A stretch of 63,843 nt of DNA, the filler included, from Octopus bimaculoides (Eukaryota): assembly GCF_001194135.2 (NCBI RefSeq). It is 6 parts of 6 records of this genome, joined end to end, with 100 filler letters (N's around TTAATTAATTAA, not from the genome) between each part and the next. Parts side by side here need not be neighbours in the genome. Positions count along the whole stretch, not along the records: positions 10,251 to 23,500 come from NC_068989.1; 5 more parts are not named here. One strand, written 5' to 3'. Under the pieces are notes generated by a model. That model had not been told where the DNA came from, ran no database searches, and was given only the letters and a program-made list of their open reading frames with translations. Both the position numbers and the translations under genes were made by a program. Positions 11,342 to 22,598 of this stretch are shown here, one piece after another; the stretch's first letter is position 1, and every line of letters begins with the position of its first letter.

Positions 11342-11506
11342 GATGGGCCTCTTTCAGTTTCCGTCAATCAAATCCACTCACAAGGCTTTGGTCGGTTCGA
11401 GGCTAAATTATAGAAGACACTTGCCCAAGGTGCCACACAGTGTGACTGAGCCCGGAACCATGTGGTTGATAAGGAAGCTACTTACTACACAGCCACTCCT
11501 GCGCCT
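11341..11506 (-). mobile_element. tRNA-derived SINE family A (head region)
   Basis: Reverse complement of aggcgcaggagtggctgtgtgg..ggttccgggttcag..ccttgggcaagtgtcttcta, with Pol III A/B-box-like motifs; many copies in the window. Confidence 0.9.
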
Positions 11507-11574
11507 TTCTTACTTCACCACTGTATTGGTCAAGTTTAAGAATTTAACAGGATAACCTTCGTTCACAATTCATA

Positions 11575-11793
11575 TAAACTCACAGGACCAGTTTCCTGGT
11601 TTCTGCAGCATATATATCCACCACCCCTGGGTGAGACACTGAGCCGTCACGGGAATATTCATTTTTGCCAACTGAATGGACTGGACCAATGTGAAATGAA
11701 GAGTCTTGCTCAAGAACAATGCATCACCCAGTCCATGAATCAAAACCACAATCTTATAATCACGAGTTCAGGGTCCTATCAACTAAGCCACAT
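11575..11793 (-). mobile_element. SINE family D copy
   Basis: Aligns by eye to 19851-20097 (atttttgcca.ctga.tggactgga..aa.gtgaaatgaag.gt.ttgctcaagaac). Confidence 0.75.
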
Positions 11794-11809
11794 ACCTACC
11801 CACTTTTAG

Positions 11810-11992
11810 CATGCTGGACAAAATGCTTAGTAGTATTTCACCCATTGCTACTTTCTGAGTTCAAATTCTGCTGAGGTCGACTTTGCCTTTCATCCTTTCA
11901 GGGTTGATGAATTAAGTACCAGTGAAACACTGGGGTAGGTGTAATCGACTTATCCTCTTCCCCCAAAATAGCTGCCCTTGTCGCAAAATTTT
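11810..11992 (+). mobile_element. SINE family B copy
   Basis: ctgagttcaaattctgctgaggtcgactttgcctttcatcctttc..aagtaccagt..cactgggg. Confidence 0.85.
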
Positions 11993-11996
11993 TAAA

Positions 11997-12211
11997 CATC
12001 ATCATCATCGTTTAACATCCGCTTTCCATGCTGGCATGGGTTGGACGGTTTGACTGAAGATTGGCAAGCCAGTAGACTGCACCAGGCTCCGAATCTGATC
12101 TGGCAAGGTTTCTACAGCTGGATGCCCTTCCTAACACCAACCACTCCAAGAGTATAGTGGGTGCTTTTTACGTGCCACTGGCACAGAAGCCAGTCAGGGG
12201 GCACTGGCAAC

Positions 12212-12212
<1 letters not shown>
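11997..12212 (-). mobile_element. SINE-like or RTE-related interspersed repeat with a (GAT)n tail
   Basis: catcatcatcgtttaac..tttctacagctggatgcccttcctaacaccaacc; the short tandem tail is typical of RTE-mobilised elements. Confidence 0.6.
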
Positions 12213-12245
<33 letters not shown>

Positions 12246-12612
12246 TTACATATATATATTATTTTATGAAACATGGCAATTTGCTCTGTTTTCAGTTCTC
12301 ACAGGCAACTCAGCCACTAGGCTGGAGAGTGGAGTATTGCAGCCCCTTCACATGAAAAAACAGTTTTGAACTGCAGATAACCAAAAGTCAATGAACTCAG
12401 AAATAATAAACAACACCTCTCTCTCTTTCTCTTTCTGTCTCTCTCTCTTTCTCTGACCTCTGTAAAGCTGTCTCTTATTTAACCCATACAAATAACCATC
12501 TATTATTCACAGATAATCCCCATTAGCAGATATTTAATAGAACATTTAAATACTCAACAAAAGAAGTGTAAAGTGAACATTTTAGACCTCCCCCAACACA
12601 AATTAAATACTA

Positions 12613-12646
<34 letters not shown>

Positions 12647-13349
12647 GCCAAAATACAAGCAAAATCAACTACAGATCTCTCTCTCTTTTCCATTTGACCT
12701 TAGGCAGGACACATACATTAACCTACTTGCTCAGTTCATTCAATTGTTTATCTTCTGCAGATGTAAAAAAAAAACAAAAAAAAAGGCATTTTGCCCCACT
12801 GAGTTACAGCTGACCTGAAATACATCTATACTAAGCTGGATATTGATAAGGAATATTAGACAGTCCTCCTACTGGATGTGTGGCTGAATTAGATAGACAG
12901 CACCAAGCTTAAAGCATTGTTCCAAATATTCGTATGAATGGTTGTATGATTATAAGAAGTCTGCTTCCCAACCGCATGGTTTCGGGTTCAGTTCCACAGT
13001 GTTGCACAACTCCAATATTAAAATACTATTAAAATTCTCGTATTTTTCAGAAAGTTATCATTGCCTGCCACCAAGCCTTGGGTATGCACTCATCCTGCAC
13101 CTCCTATGTTAACGCTCTCTGTATCTCTCTTTTACTCTCTCCATATGATGTAAAGCATGACTGGAGAAATTAACCAATCAACCAACCAATATTTATATCA
13201 GCTATTATTAAATAGAGATTACTTTTTATGGTGTTAACAGGGGAGAATAGATATGAAATTGTTACAAAGAATGCCATCTCCAACTAGAATTAGAGTACTG
13301 GTCCACACATCTGGGACAGTGCTTTATCTTATTCACATAACCATCAACC

Positions 13350-14020
13350 TCTGGACTAAAGACATGCTGTCTGCTCGTAGCCTCGTCTTCAGAACTGGCT
13401 GACCTTCTGTCACTTCCATTTAATTCCATCTGACTCACTTATCTTCACTTGTCTCTCCTCCTCATGTCATTCTTACAGTATCTACTCGATCATACCGTGG
13501 AGGCGCAATGGCCCAGTGGTTAGGGCAGCGGACTCGCGGTCATAGGATCGCGGTTTCGATTCCCAAACTCGTGTTTATTGTTGTGAGAGTTTATTGAGCG
13601 AAAACACCTAAAGCTCTACGAGGCTCCGGCAGGGGATGGTGGTGAACCCTGCTGTACTCTTTCACCACAACTTTCTCTCACTCTTTCTTCCTGTTTCTGT
13701 TGTACCTGTAATTCAAAGGGCCAGCCTTGTCACACTGTGTCACGCTGAATATCCCCGAGAACTACGTTAAGGGTAGACGTGTCTCTGGAATGCTCAGCCA
13801 CTTACACGTTAATTTCACGAGCAGGCTGTTCCGTTGATTGGATCAACTGGAACCCTCGACGTCGTAAGCGACGGAGTGCCAACAACAACTCGTTCATACC
13901 ACTCTTTCCCCAGTTTCTTCCCCCAGAATGCCAGTTCTCTGGAAATCTCCATCTGCTCACATTTTTCTTGCAGTCATCAATTTGCATTTATTCAAGAATA
14001 ACCAATCTCATAAACTTTAG
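13350..14020 (+). mobile_element. Old CR1/L2-like LINE 3' fragment split by a SINE family C insertion
   Basis: Left part translates ..SSELADLLSLP.., right part ..SFFPRMPVLWKSP..NLHLFK.., resembling the CSSELA...SFFPRT..LWN.LP...NL..FK C-terminus. Confidence 0.5.
13497..13887 (+). mobile_element. Full-length tRNA-derived SINE family C with a 13-bp TSD
   Basis: tRNA-like head gtggaggcgcaatggcccagtggttagggcagcggactcgcggtcataggatcgcggtttcgattccc; (AAC)n tail; flanked by actcgatcatacc (13484-13496) and actcgttcatacc (13888-13900). Confidence 0.92.
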
Positions 14021-14313
14021 AAGGCCTCCAACAGCCATGGGCACAACCCTTCTCTCCAGACATAATCATTTATAAAAGAAAAAAAAGAATGAAGAAAACT
14101 GGAATGTTCCAACAGCTTTATACAGAGAAACATCTCAGACAATATCTCAAAAATGACATGGAATAATTAACAAAGAGTCCTTTACCAATTAAGTAACTCT
14201 AACTCACAGATGTACTGTCTCTTCTTTCTGCCTCTTCTACTGAAACTACAATGACCACAGCATACAAGAGCCTTTGAGGCCTAACTAATGTACGTCTTCC
14301 CTTCCTTCATTAA

Positions 14314-14520
14314 CCCTTTTGTTACCATATTTCTGTTGAGATGCTCTGTGTTTCTTTCAATTAATTTTAAAAATAACAAAGAATTTAGTAAAATAACTCA
14401 GTTATCATTGAGCTAGTGTTAGGAACATAAATTGCGACTAAGGTTTGGTGGAAGATCTTAATTCAGAACATTTGTACTACAGAGCCAGAGCCAGTTTCAG
14501 CCAGGTTGATATCAAAAGAG
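14314..14520. mobile_element. piggyBac-type MITE (TTAA TSD)
   Basis: TTAA|cccttttgttacc ... gatatcaaaagag|TTAA; imperfect TIRs. Confidence 0.7.
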
Positions 14521-14559
14521 TTAAATATCTAATTTGTATGACAATAACTACTTCAAATT

Positions 14560-14762
14560 TTGACACAAGGCCTGCAATTTTAAGGGAAGGTTTAAATCAA
14601 TTACATCGAAATTAGTGTTCAACTGGTATTTATCTTAGCAACCCCAAAAAGAAAGAAGACAAAGTCAACTTCAGCAAATTTGAACCTGGAACATAAAGAG
14701 TAAGAAATAATGGTGCTAAGTATTTTGCCTGACTAATTATTGATTCCACCAACTCACCACCT
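14560..14762 (-). mobile_element. SINE family B, diverged
   Basis: caaagtcaacttcagcaaatttgaacctgg..ccaccaactcaccacc. Confidence 0.7.
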
Positions 14763-15473
14763 TAATTTGCAAGACAATAATAAACCCTATACTACCCTTC
14801 CTTCCCCCAGTTATTCTTCCTCAGAGCTGCAACCTTCCAAAATTCCCTGCACAGCCCTGTTGTTCTAGTAAGTGTCAACCTACACAAGTTCAAACTGAAC
14901 AAATAAATACTGCATTAATATCACAAGTCAGACGGAGTCTGCAAAGGTCATTGTACTGCCTATTCATCTCTCGTTACTTGATTTAAAAAATAAATTTCAA
15001 CAACACTTTATTATTGATGATAAAATTCAAAAGATTATATATTCAGAGATATTCACCCAATAACTTCTATCACATGATGTCGCAGCAAAAATGTTCCCCA
15101 AATTTCTTCTATGTCACAATTACACATCAGATAGTTAAATAGTTAAACAGTTGAGACTGGCTATTATCAGCCTCCTTTAATATTTGCAGGTCAGGCCATC
15201 TATACCATGAATCATTATTTACTCAAGCACAATGTGGTTTCAAACATAATGCAACCCTCTCCACTCTTTTTTTATTTTGTTTTTCAAACTTAAGTATAAC
15301 TCTACCCAAGGGTCCAACACCACCCAGAAGTATGTTACCCAAAGGCTTTGAACTGGCAGAGCCATCAGAGCGCTGGATAAAATACCTCACAGTATTTGTT
15401 CCAATTATCTGCACTGTGGGCCTCTGCAGCCACAGCAGACAGTGCACCACCGTCAGCAGCTGACACAAGTTCT

Positions 15474-15760
15474 CAGGGCTGTGGAGTCAGAGTCATGGAG
15501 TTGGAGCCAGAAACAAGGAGTAGCTGGAGTCAGAGTCGGTAAAACTATACCGACTGATTCCGACTCACAATGTCTTTATTCTTTAATATAAAGCAGTTAT
15601 AACATACAGGCCCGCTCAAAGTACAAGTGTATTCATATGCTTTATGAGAGATGTAGATCAAAATCACTTAATTACATAAAGTGGAGTCAGAGTCGAAATC
15701 GGAGTTGGAGGTGCCAATAGTGTCAGAGTCAAAGTTTTTTGCTTCGACTCCACAGCCCTG
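15474..15760. mobile_element. hAT-type MITE, 15-bp perfect TIR and perfect 8-bp TSD
   Basis: CAAGTTCT|cagggctgtggagtc ... gactccacagccctg|CAAGTTCT; internal ggagtc/gagtc subterminal repeats. Confidence 0.92.
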
Positions 15761-16039
15761 CAAGTTCTTCGGCCGCAGATCCATGGTCTCTCGAGACCGA
15801 CAGATAAATACTAACAGTACTGTGAATTCAAATTCCTAAAATCAACCTTGCCTTTCATCTTTTCAAAGAATTATAGGTCCACAGACATATCAATACACTG
15901 GGTCTTATAGCAGTTACCTATTGACAACATGTCACAATGTATATAGATCAGAATTAGGTCCCTAGATCTATGAGGCCCCTAGGCAACAGCTCACTATGCC
16001 CTCGCCTTAAGATGGCACTGTTGATATATATACATACAT

Positions 16040-16448
16040 CTTTTTATCATTAATTTGTTTCAGTCATTGGATTGTGGCCACGCTGGGGCACTGCCTTGAA
16101 GAATTTCTAATCAAATGAATCGACCCCAGTACTTATTTTTTTTTTTATAAGCCAGGTACTTATTCTGCCAGTTCTTTTGCCAAACCACTGAGTAACAGGG
16201 ACATAAACACACCAACACAGTTTATCAAGCAGTGGAGTGATGGAACACACACATACACACACACACACACATATATATATATTTACGATGGGCTTCTTTC
16301 AGATTCTATCTACCAAATCCACTCATAAGGCATTGGCTGGCCCAAGGTTATAGTAAAAGACACTTTGCCTAAGGTGCCATGCAGTGGAACTGAACCCAAA
16401 ACCACACGGTTAGGAAGTAAACTTCTTACCACATAGCTACACCTGCAT
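16040..16448 (-). mobile_element. SINE family A, full length with internal (CA)/(TA) tract
   Basis: Tail (tttcagtcattggattgtggccacgctggggcac), microsatellite, head (acgatgggcttctttcag..cttcttaccacatagc). Confidence 0.85.
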
Positions 16449-19332
16449 GCATATATAAGAACCAGTGCAGGGTAATGGATTGAGAGAATTGTTAAAATGT
16501 CAAACCGATTGCCTCGTGGTATCTATTCCAGCTTTAAGCGTTCTGAGTTCAAATCCTGCCCTGTCATCAGAAAATGGTGACACTTTTGTCAGATGTTGCA
16601 ACTGACAGACAGTAATCAGGAATTTGAAAAAGAAACAACAGAAACAGTTTCATTCATTCAATTAATTGGAAGATCAACCACCATCACTACCACCACCACC
16701 ACCACCACCACCACCACATTATGCTACAGACCAATTCTGACCTTTATGTTTTGTATTAAATTTCCTACATCACACATGAGTAAATACTGTATCTCTCTTT
16801 CACTGATCAAGTGTGCTTTCTGGGATACAAGCATAGTTAACCCTTGTTTTTGTTAATAATTATTCGTTCAGTGTGCACTTCAGTTTTATTACATTTTTCA
16901 TCTTTTATTATTTTTTAAATTTGCAATCCAATCTAAAAATTAGACATTTTAAAACTGCTTCTCTAAAGAATTCTCAACCATTATTCTTAAAATTCCAAAA
17001 CAGCAAGTTAACAATTATTCCTCTAAAATATATTTAGAGAAAATTTGTGGGATACAAACTGAATAAATATATAAATCTTCAGATCAGAGAAGCAGTCTTT
17101 TTTTTTTTTCGCTTTTTTTTTTTTTTTTCAAAATTTTCTGAATAGTTTTGAAACTAAATATCTGGAGACAGTAATAAGTGTTATTTTTTTTAGCTATTTT
17201 ATTAGTTAAGGCACAAAATATATTCTAATTGTTAAAGAAATAACACAAAAGATATTTCCATTCCTTTTGATGAATTGGAAAAGCGAAATGCACTTTCAAG
17301 AAAAAGACAGAAACAATATAATTTAGAATAATTTATTAATTTTTATTCTCTACAAGAGGGAAAATTATATACAGTGAATGGATGAGAAGAAAAAAAGAAA
17401 GAAAGAAAAGAAGAATATTATGATGGGCATGAACAGAATAGAAAGCTCTAGAATATAATACTAACATAGAAATTATAGGAATTGTATATTTGCAGGAAGA
17501 AATGCGAATATATAAGTATTTTATTTTAATTTTATGAATAAAATACACATATATTTTTAGAAATTATGGGCATTAACATACAAAGGGACAATTTTGCCCA
17601 CTGTAATGTATTATTGGATTGGACAAATATATCACAAAGCATCTGTTTATAAAGATTGTAACGAATGCTGTAATTTCATTTTGCACTGAAGTATAAATTA
17701 TAATTTTATTAACTCCATTGCAAAAATTCATGAAGATTCTGAACCAGACTTAAGCATAGGTATAGCAATCAACCCCAAAAAAGGAGCAAATGGTATCGCA
17801 GACTTCCATACTTCCAAATCTCAGAAGCTTTGTAAAGGATCACTGCCAAGCAGAGTAACATCCACTCACTTATATAAAAACTGATGAACCAGTTTTATAT
17901 AATCTGGTAGGAGAACAACTGAAGATGAACTGAAATAGCTTGTAAAATCTAGTAAAAAGCAAGTTCTTTGTAGGAGATGATAAGCTTTAATTCATTAAAC
18001 TGCAATATTCTTCGCATATTTAAGAGCATTATTTTGATGTAGAATCTAAGGAGAAAGATGAATAAAGTCCGTTGTTTGGAGAAGCCATCGGTTAGATAGA
18101 GTAAGTCAAAGGACAACTTGTGATGTAGAAGGGAACACTGCGAGTGGAGGCCCGGGGAGGCCTCTCCGTCAGACAGTAGAGTCTGGAGGTGCTTGCCAGG
18201 TTAACTTCTGGTGTATAAGGAGTTGGATTTGATAATGAACAGGTAAAAAGAAAGACAGCCCGCGTCCATGGAGAGATTAACTGAACTCAAAGGGCTGGAA
18301 GAAGAAAGAACTTTTTGCAGATGTTTTAAAGAAAGAGAAAAAAAATAGAAAAGAAAAGAAAAGAAAAAAAAAGCAATAGTGGATGAAAAGGACTAAAATG
18401 AGCTATTTACGTGTCACTTGTTGGTTTTCGTTTTGTTTGCTTGTATTCCAACCAGATTAAAAGCAAATCTATAAAATGAATATTGAATTTAAAACAATAT
18501 TGTCCATAAATTTCATTTGACTTTAACCAAAATTAAAAAGAAATTATTACGTTTTGTTTTCTCTCTCTCTCATTTTATTTTTTTCTCTAACTCAAAATAC
18601 ATTCTGGAGATTAAATTTATATTTAATATNNNNNNNNNNNNNNNNNNNNNNNNNNNNNNNNNNNNNNNNNNNNNNNNNNNNNNNNNNNNNNNNNNNNNNN
18701 NNNNNNNNNNNNNNNNNNNNNNNNNNNNNNNNNNNNNNNNNNNNNNNNNNNNNNNNNNNNNNNNNNNNNNNNNNNNNNNNNNNNNNNNNNNNNNNNNNNN
18801 NNNNNNNNNNNNNNNNNNNNNNNNNNNNNNNNNNNNNNNNNNNNNNNNNNNNNNNNNNNNNNNNNNNNNNNNNNNNNNNNNNNNNNNNNNNNNNNNNNNN
18901 NNNNNNNNNNNNNNNNNNNNNNNNNNNNNNNNNNNNNNNNNNNNNNNNNNNNNNNNNNNNNNNNNNNNNNNNNNNNNNNNNNNNNNNNNNNNNNNNNNNN
19001 NNNNNNNNNNNNNNNNNNNNNNNNNNNNNNNNNNNNNNNNNNNNNNNNNNNNNNNNNNNNNNNNNNNNNNNNNNNNNNNNNNNNNNNNNNNNNNNNNNNN
19101 NNNNNNNNNNNNNNNNNNNNNNNNNNNNNNNNNNNNNNNNNNNNNNNNNNNNNNNNNNNNNNNNNNNNNNNNNNNNNNNNNNNNNNNNNNNNNNNNNNNN
19201 NNNNNNNNNNNNNNNNNNNNNNNNNNNNNNNNNNNNNNNNNNNNNNNNNNNNNNNNNNNNNNNNNNNNNNNNNNNNNNNNNNNNNNNNNNNNNNNNNNNN
19301 NNNNNNNNNNNNNNNNNNNNNNNNNNNNNNNN

Positions 19333-19368
<36 letters not shown>

Positions 19369-19429
19369 ATACATGAATATATATGCATATACATTTCTAC
19401 GATGTTGTTATAATTGTTTTTTACTATAG

Positions 19430-19592
19430 GCACAGCCTAAAATTTTTGGAGATCATTACGTAAGTCCCAGCACTTGACAGGTACATATTTTATTGTCTCC
19501 AAAAGAATGAAAAGCAGAGTTCATCAGAATTTGAACTCAATGTAAAGTCCAAAGAAATGCTGCTAAATATCTTGTCCAACATGCTAATGATT
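19430..19592 (-). mobile_element. SINE family B, diverged
   Basis: aatgaaaagcagagtt..gaatttgaactca..catgctaatgattcctgccagct. Confidence 0.7.
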
Positions 19593-19850
19593 CCTGCCAG
19601 CTAACCACTTTTACGTGCTATATCATAATAAAATATATTCCTGCTTAACACAATGTATTGAATACTATCTATTTTGTTGAATAAATCACTTACAAATTTT
19701 ATATATATATATAATATATTGCATGATGCCATCATATATTGCATGATGCCATATAGTACAATTGTTGCATGAAGCAATATACTTCATCTATGTAATAATA
19801 CTGTATGTGTTATATGGTGTAATATTATGCCTGTTATTTTTTTTTTTTTG

Positions 19851-20097
19851 CACCTTTTTAAAGCCTAGCCAAGCTCATGGGCCCGGTTTCCCAGTTTCAA
19901 TGGTGTACGTGTTCCCCAGCTGGATGGGACGCCAGTCCATTGCAGCGTTACTCATTTTTGCCAGCTGAGTGGACTGGAGCAACGTGAAATGAAGTGTTTT
20001 GCTCAAGAACACAACGCGTCACCCGGTCCAGGAAGCGAAACCACAATCTTACGATCATGGTGCTGATACTCTAACCACTAAGCCACGTCCCTCCACA
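19851..20097 (-). mobile_element. tRNA-derived SINE family D (central domain reminiscent of Meta/V-type SINE cores)
   Basis: Reverse complement tgtggagggacgtggcttagtggttagagt..gtttcgcttcctggaccggg..gtgttcttgagcaaaacactt..gctccagtccactcagctgg..atggactggcgtcccatccag. The core resemblance is from memory and needs a Dfam check. Confidence 0.8.
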
Positions 20098-20555
20098 TGC
20101 CTATGTTATATGGTATAAGAAATTAGGCATTTTAGAAATAACCAAGATTTTAACACACAAATTTCTTTGTAAAGTTTCTCAGAAACAATATATATATATA
20201 TTACAGCAAGTGCTGTTCCACATTTATATATACATTATGTATGTATAAATCTAGTCTAATGTTGTTTCAAGTGTATATATTATTTTATAGCGATATATCA
20301 TTTTACAAATTAAAATACACTATTTACATACAATTTTATTAGCAACATTGTTGGCATTATCAGTTGGTTTTCAGGATTTACTAATGGCACATTTCCAGTA
20401 ATAACAATTGTTGATTTGTAGATTTGATTAAATGGTTTTGAATTCAGAGTTTACAACAGCCATGATATAATGTTCCTAACCAAGGCACATTACTCTGCTG
20501 ACATCAGTCTGCCTGACTGACAGAGTAGGTCCCATTCCTACTTCAAGGTTTAGAG

Positions 20556-21049
20556 CAATGGTTTTCAACCATTTCTTTGCCTATGGACCCCTTTGATTCC
20601 TATTTTACTCCACTGGACCTACATAGCTATTGACTATAAATGTTATTAGGATTTGTATTTTTTTAAATTTTAATATTTTGTGTATTACAGAAGTATAATT
20701 GATTTATTGCACATAAATTTTAAGAATAAAATCTTATATGGACACCCAAAGGTCAGATGAACCCACAAAGGTCATATGGACACCCAAAGGTTATATGGAC
20801 ACCCAAAGGTCATATAGACTCCCAAAGGTCCATATGGACTCCCAAAGGTCCATATGGACTCCCAAAGATCATATGGACTTCCAAAGATCATATGGACTTC
20901 CAAAGATCATATGAACTCCCAAAGGTCATATGGACTCCCAAAGGTTATATGGACACCCAAAGATCGTATGGACCCCCAAAGAGCATATGGACACCCAAAG
21001 GCCATATGGGCCCCACAAAGGCTATATGGATCCCTGCTGAAAACCACTG
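20556..21049. mobile_element. hAT (Charlie-like) MITE with perfect 8-bp TSD, containing a minisatellite
   Basis: GTTTAGAG|caatggttttcaacc ... gctgaaaaccactg|GTTTAGAG. Confidence 0.9.
20736..21023. repeat. 19-20 bp minisatellite, 15 units (consensus ATATGGAC[A/T]CCCAAAGGTC)
   Basis: Units counted directly; no spacers between units. Confidence 0.95.
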
Positions 21050-21368
21050 GTTTAGAGTGATTAAGAGAAGGAGGAGGTTCCAGTAACAGGAAATATTAAA
21101 AATAACTTGTTCTGTTAAAAAAATTTAATCCAGCCATTATACCATGATAAATGAGTAGAAGACACCAAAAACAGAATTACAATTTCTTTCCATTTTGTTT
21201 TGTAGGCATCACAAGACGAACAGTTTCGACCTAAGAGAAATCTCAACCAGGAGCAAAACAACAACAGCAGATACTGGAAGTGAGAGAAGTCATGTGACTC
21301 AATATCATCATATACAATTAGTACCACCTAATATAAATTAGGGGAAAAAATAAGAATTTTTAAGGAAT

Positions 21369-21790
21369 AGGCGCAGGAGTGGCTGTGTGGTAGGTAGCTT
21401 GCTTACCAACCACATGGTTCCGGGTTCAGCCGCACTGCGTGGCATCTTGGGCAAGTGTCTTCTACTATAGCCTTGGGCCGACCAAAGCCTTGTGAGTGGA
21501 TTTGGCAGACGGAAACTGAAAGAAGCCCGTCATATATATGTATATATATATGTATATATATATATGTATGTGCATTTGTGTGTCTGTGTTTTTCCCCCCC
21601 ACCATCGCTTGACAACCGATGCTGGTGTGTTTACGTCCCCATAACTTAGCGGTTCGGCAAAAGAGAACCAATAGAATAAGTACTAGGCTTACAAAGAATA
21701 AGTCCTGGGGTCGATTTGCTCGACTAAAGGTGGTGCTCCAGCATGGCCACAGTCAAATGACTGAAACAAGTAAAAGAGTAAAAGAGTAAA
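21369..21790 (+). mobile_element. SINE family A, full length (tRNA head, internal TA/TG microsatellite, tail ending in (GTAAAAGA)n)
   Basis: aggcgcaggagtggctgtgtgg..gaaactgaaagaagcccgtc(tata)n..cgatgctggtgtgtttacgtcccc..ctccagcatggccacagtcaaatgactgaaacaagtaaaagagtaaaaga. Confidence 0.92.
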
Positions 21791-21794
21791 GACT

Positions 21795-22000
21795 AATGAT
21801 TTCAAATTTTGGAACAAGGCCATGAATTTGGGGGGAAGGATGAATGTCGGTTACATCGATCCCAGTGGTCTATTGGTACTTATTTGATTGACCCCCGAAA
21901 AGATGAAAGGCAAAGTTAACCTTGGCAGCATTTGAACTCAGAACGTGAAGATGAACAAAATGCAGCTAAACATTTTGCCTGGTGTGCTAATGATTCTGCC
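21795..22000 (-). mobile_element. SINE family B copy
   Basis: gatgaaaggcaaagttaaccttggcagcatttgaactcagaacgt. Confidence 0.8.
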
Positions 22001-22074
22001 AATTTGCCACATTTTTTTATGAATAATGTTAATAAAAATAACTTGAAAATCTTAATGAGTCTTCATGAATCTAT

Positions 22075-22598
22075 CTGCATGTGCGTCTGTGTGCGTCTGT
22101 CTATATGCACATATGTATGTATGTATGTATGTATGTGTGTGCATGCATCTGTATGTGTGTGCATGTGTGTGTGCATCAGTATGTGTGTGCATCTGTATGT
22201 GTGTGTGTGTGTCTGCTTGTCTGTATGTGTGTGTGTGTCTACCTGTCTGTATGTGTGTGTGCATCTATCTGTGTGTGTATGTGTGTGCATCTGTCTGTAT
22301 GTGTGTGTGTCTGTCTGTCTGTGTGTGCATCTGTCTGTATGCGCATGTGTCTGTCTGTATGTGCATGCATCTGTCTGTATGTGTGTGCTTCTGTATGTGT
22401 GTGCGTCTGTCTGTATGTGTGTGTCTGTCTGTATGTGTCTGCGTGCCTGTCTGTATGTGTTTGTGCGTCTGTCTCTGTGTGTGTCTGTCTGTCTGTGTGT
22501 TTGTATGTGCATCTGTCTGTTTGTATGTGTGTGTGCATGTCTGTCTGTGTGTGTATGTCTGTCTGTGTGTATCTGTGTGTGCATGTGTATGTGTGTGT
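22075..22598. repeat. Compound (TG)n/(TCTG)n/(TATG)n low-complexity array
   Basis: Direct reading; source of the spurious CV-rich and HT-rich ORFs. Confidence 0.95.

Noticed and set aside
13497-13575. tRNA-like sequence (also the heads of SINE families A, B and D)
   Set aside because: It continues into a several-hundred-bp repeat body with tail and TSD and recurs in many diverged copies; these are SINE heads, not tRNA genes.
17881-17935. CTGATGA followed by an ACCAG/CTGGT stem (hammerhead-like)
   Set aside because: The GAAA box does not follow helix II and helices I and III cannot be formed.
18517-19433. ORFs of 250-370 aa spanning N runs (also 24368, 25516, 27550, 29158, 31033, 44590)
   Set aside because: Open only because N codons are not stops.
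20736-21023. Regular 19-bp repeats resembling a CRISPR array
   Set aside because: Units are directly adjacent with no unique spacers, sit inside a hAT MITE in a eukaryotic genome, and no cas genes are present.
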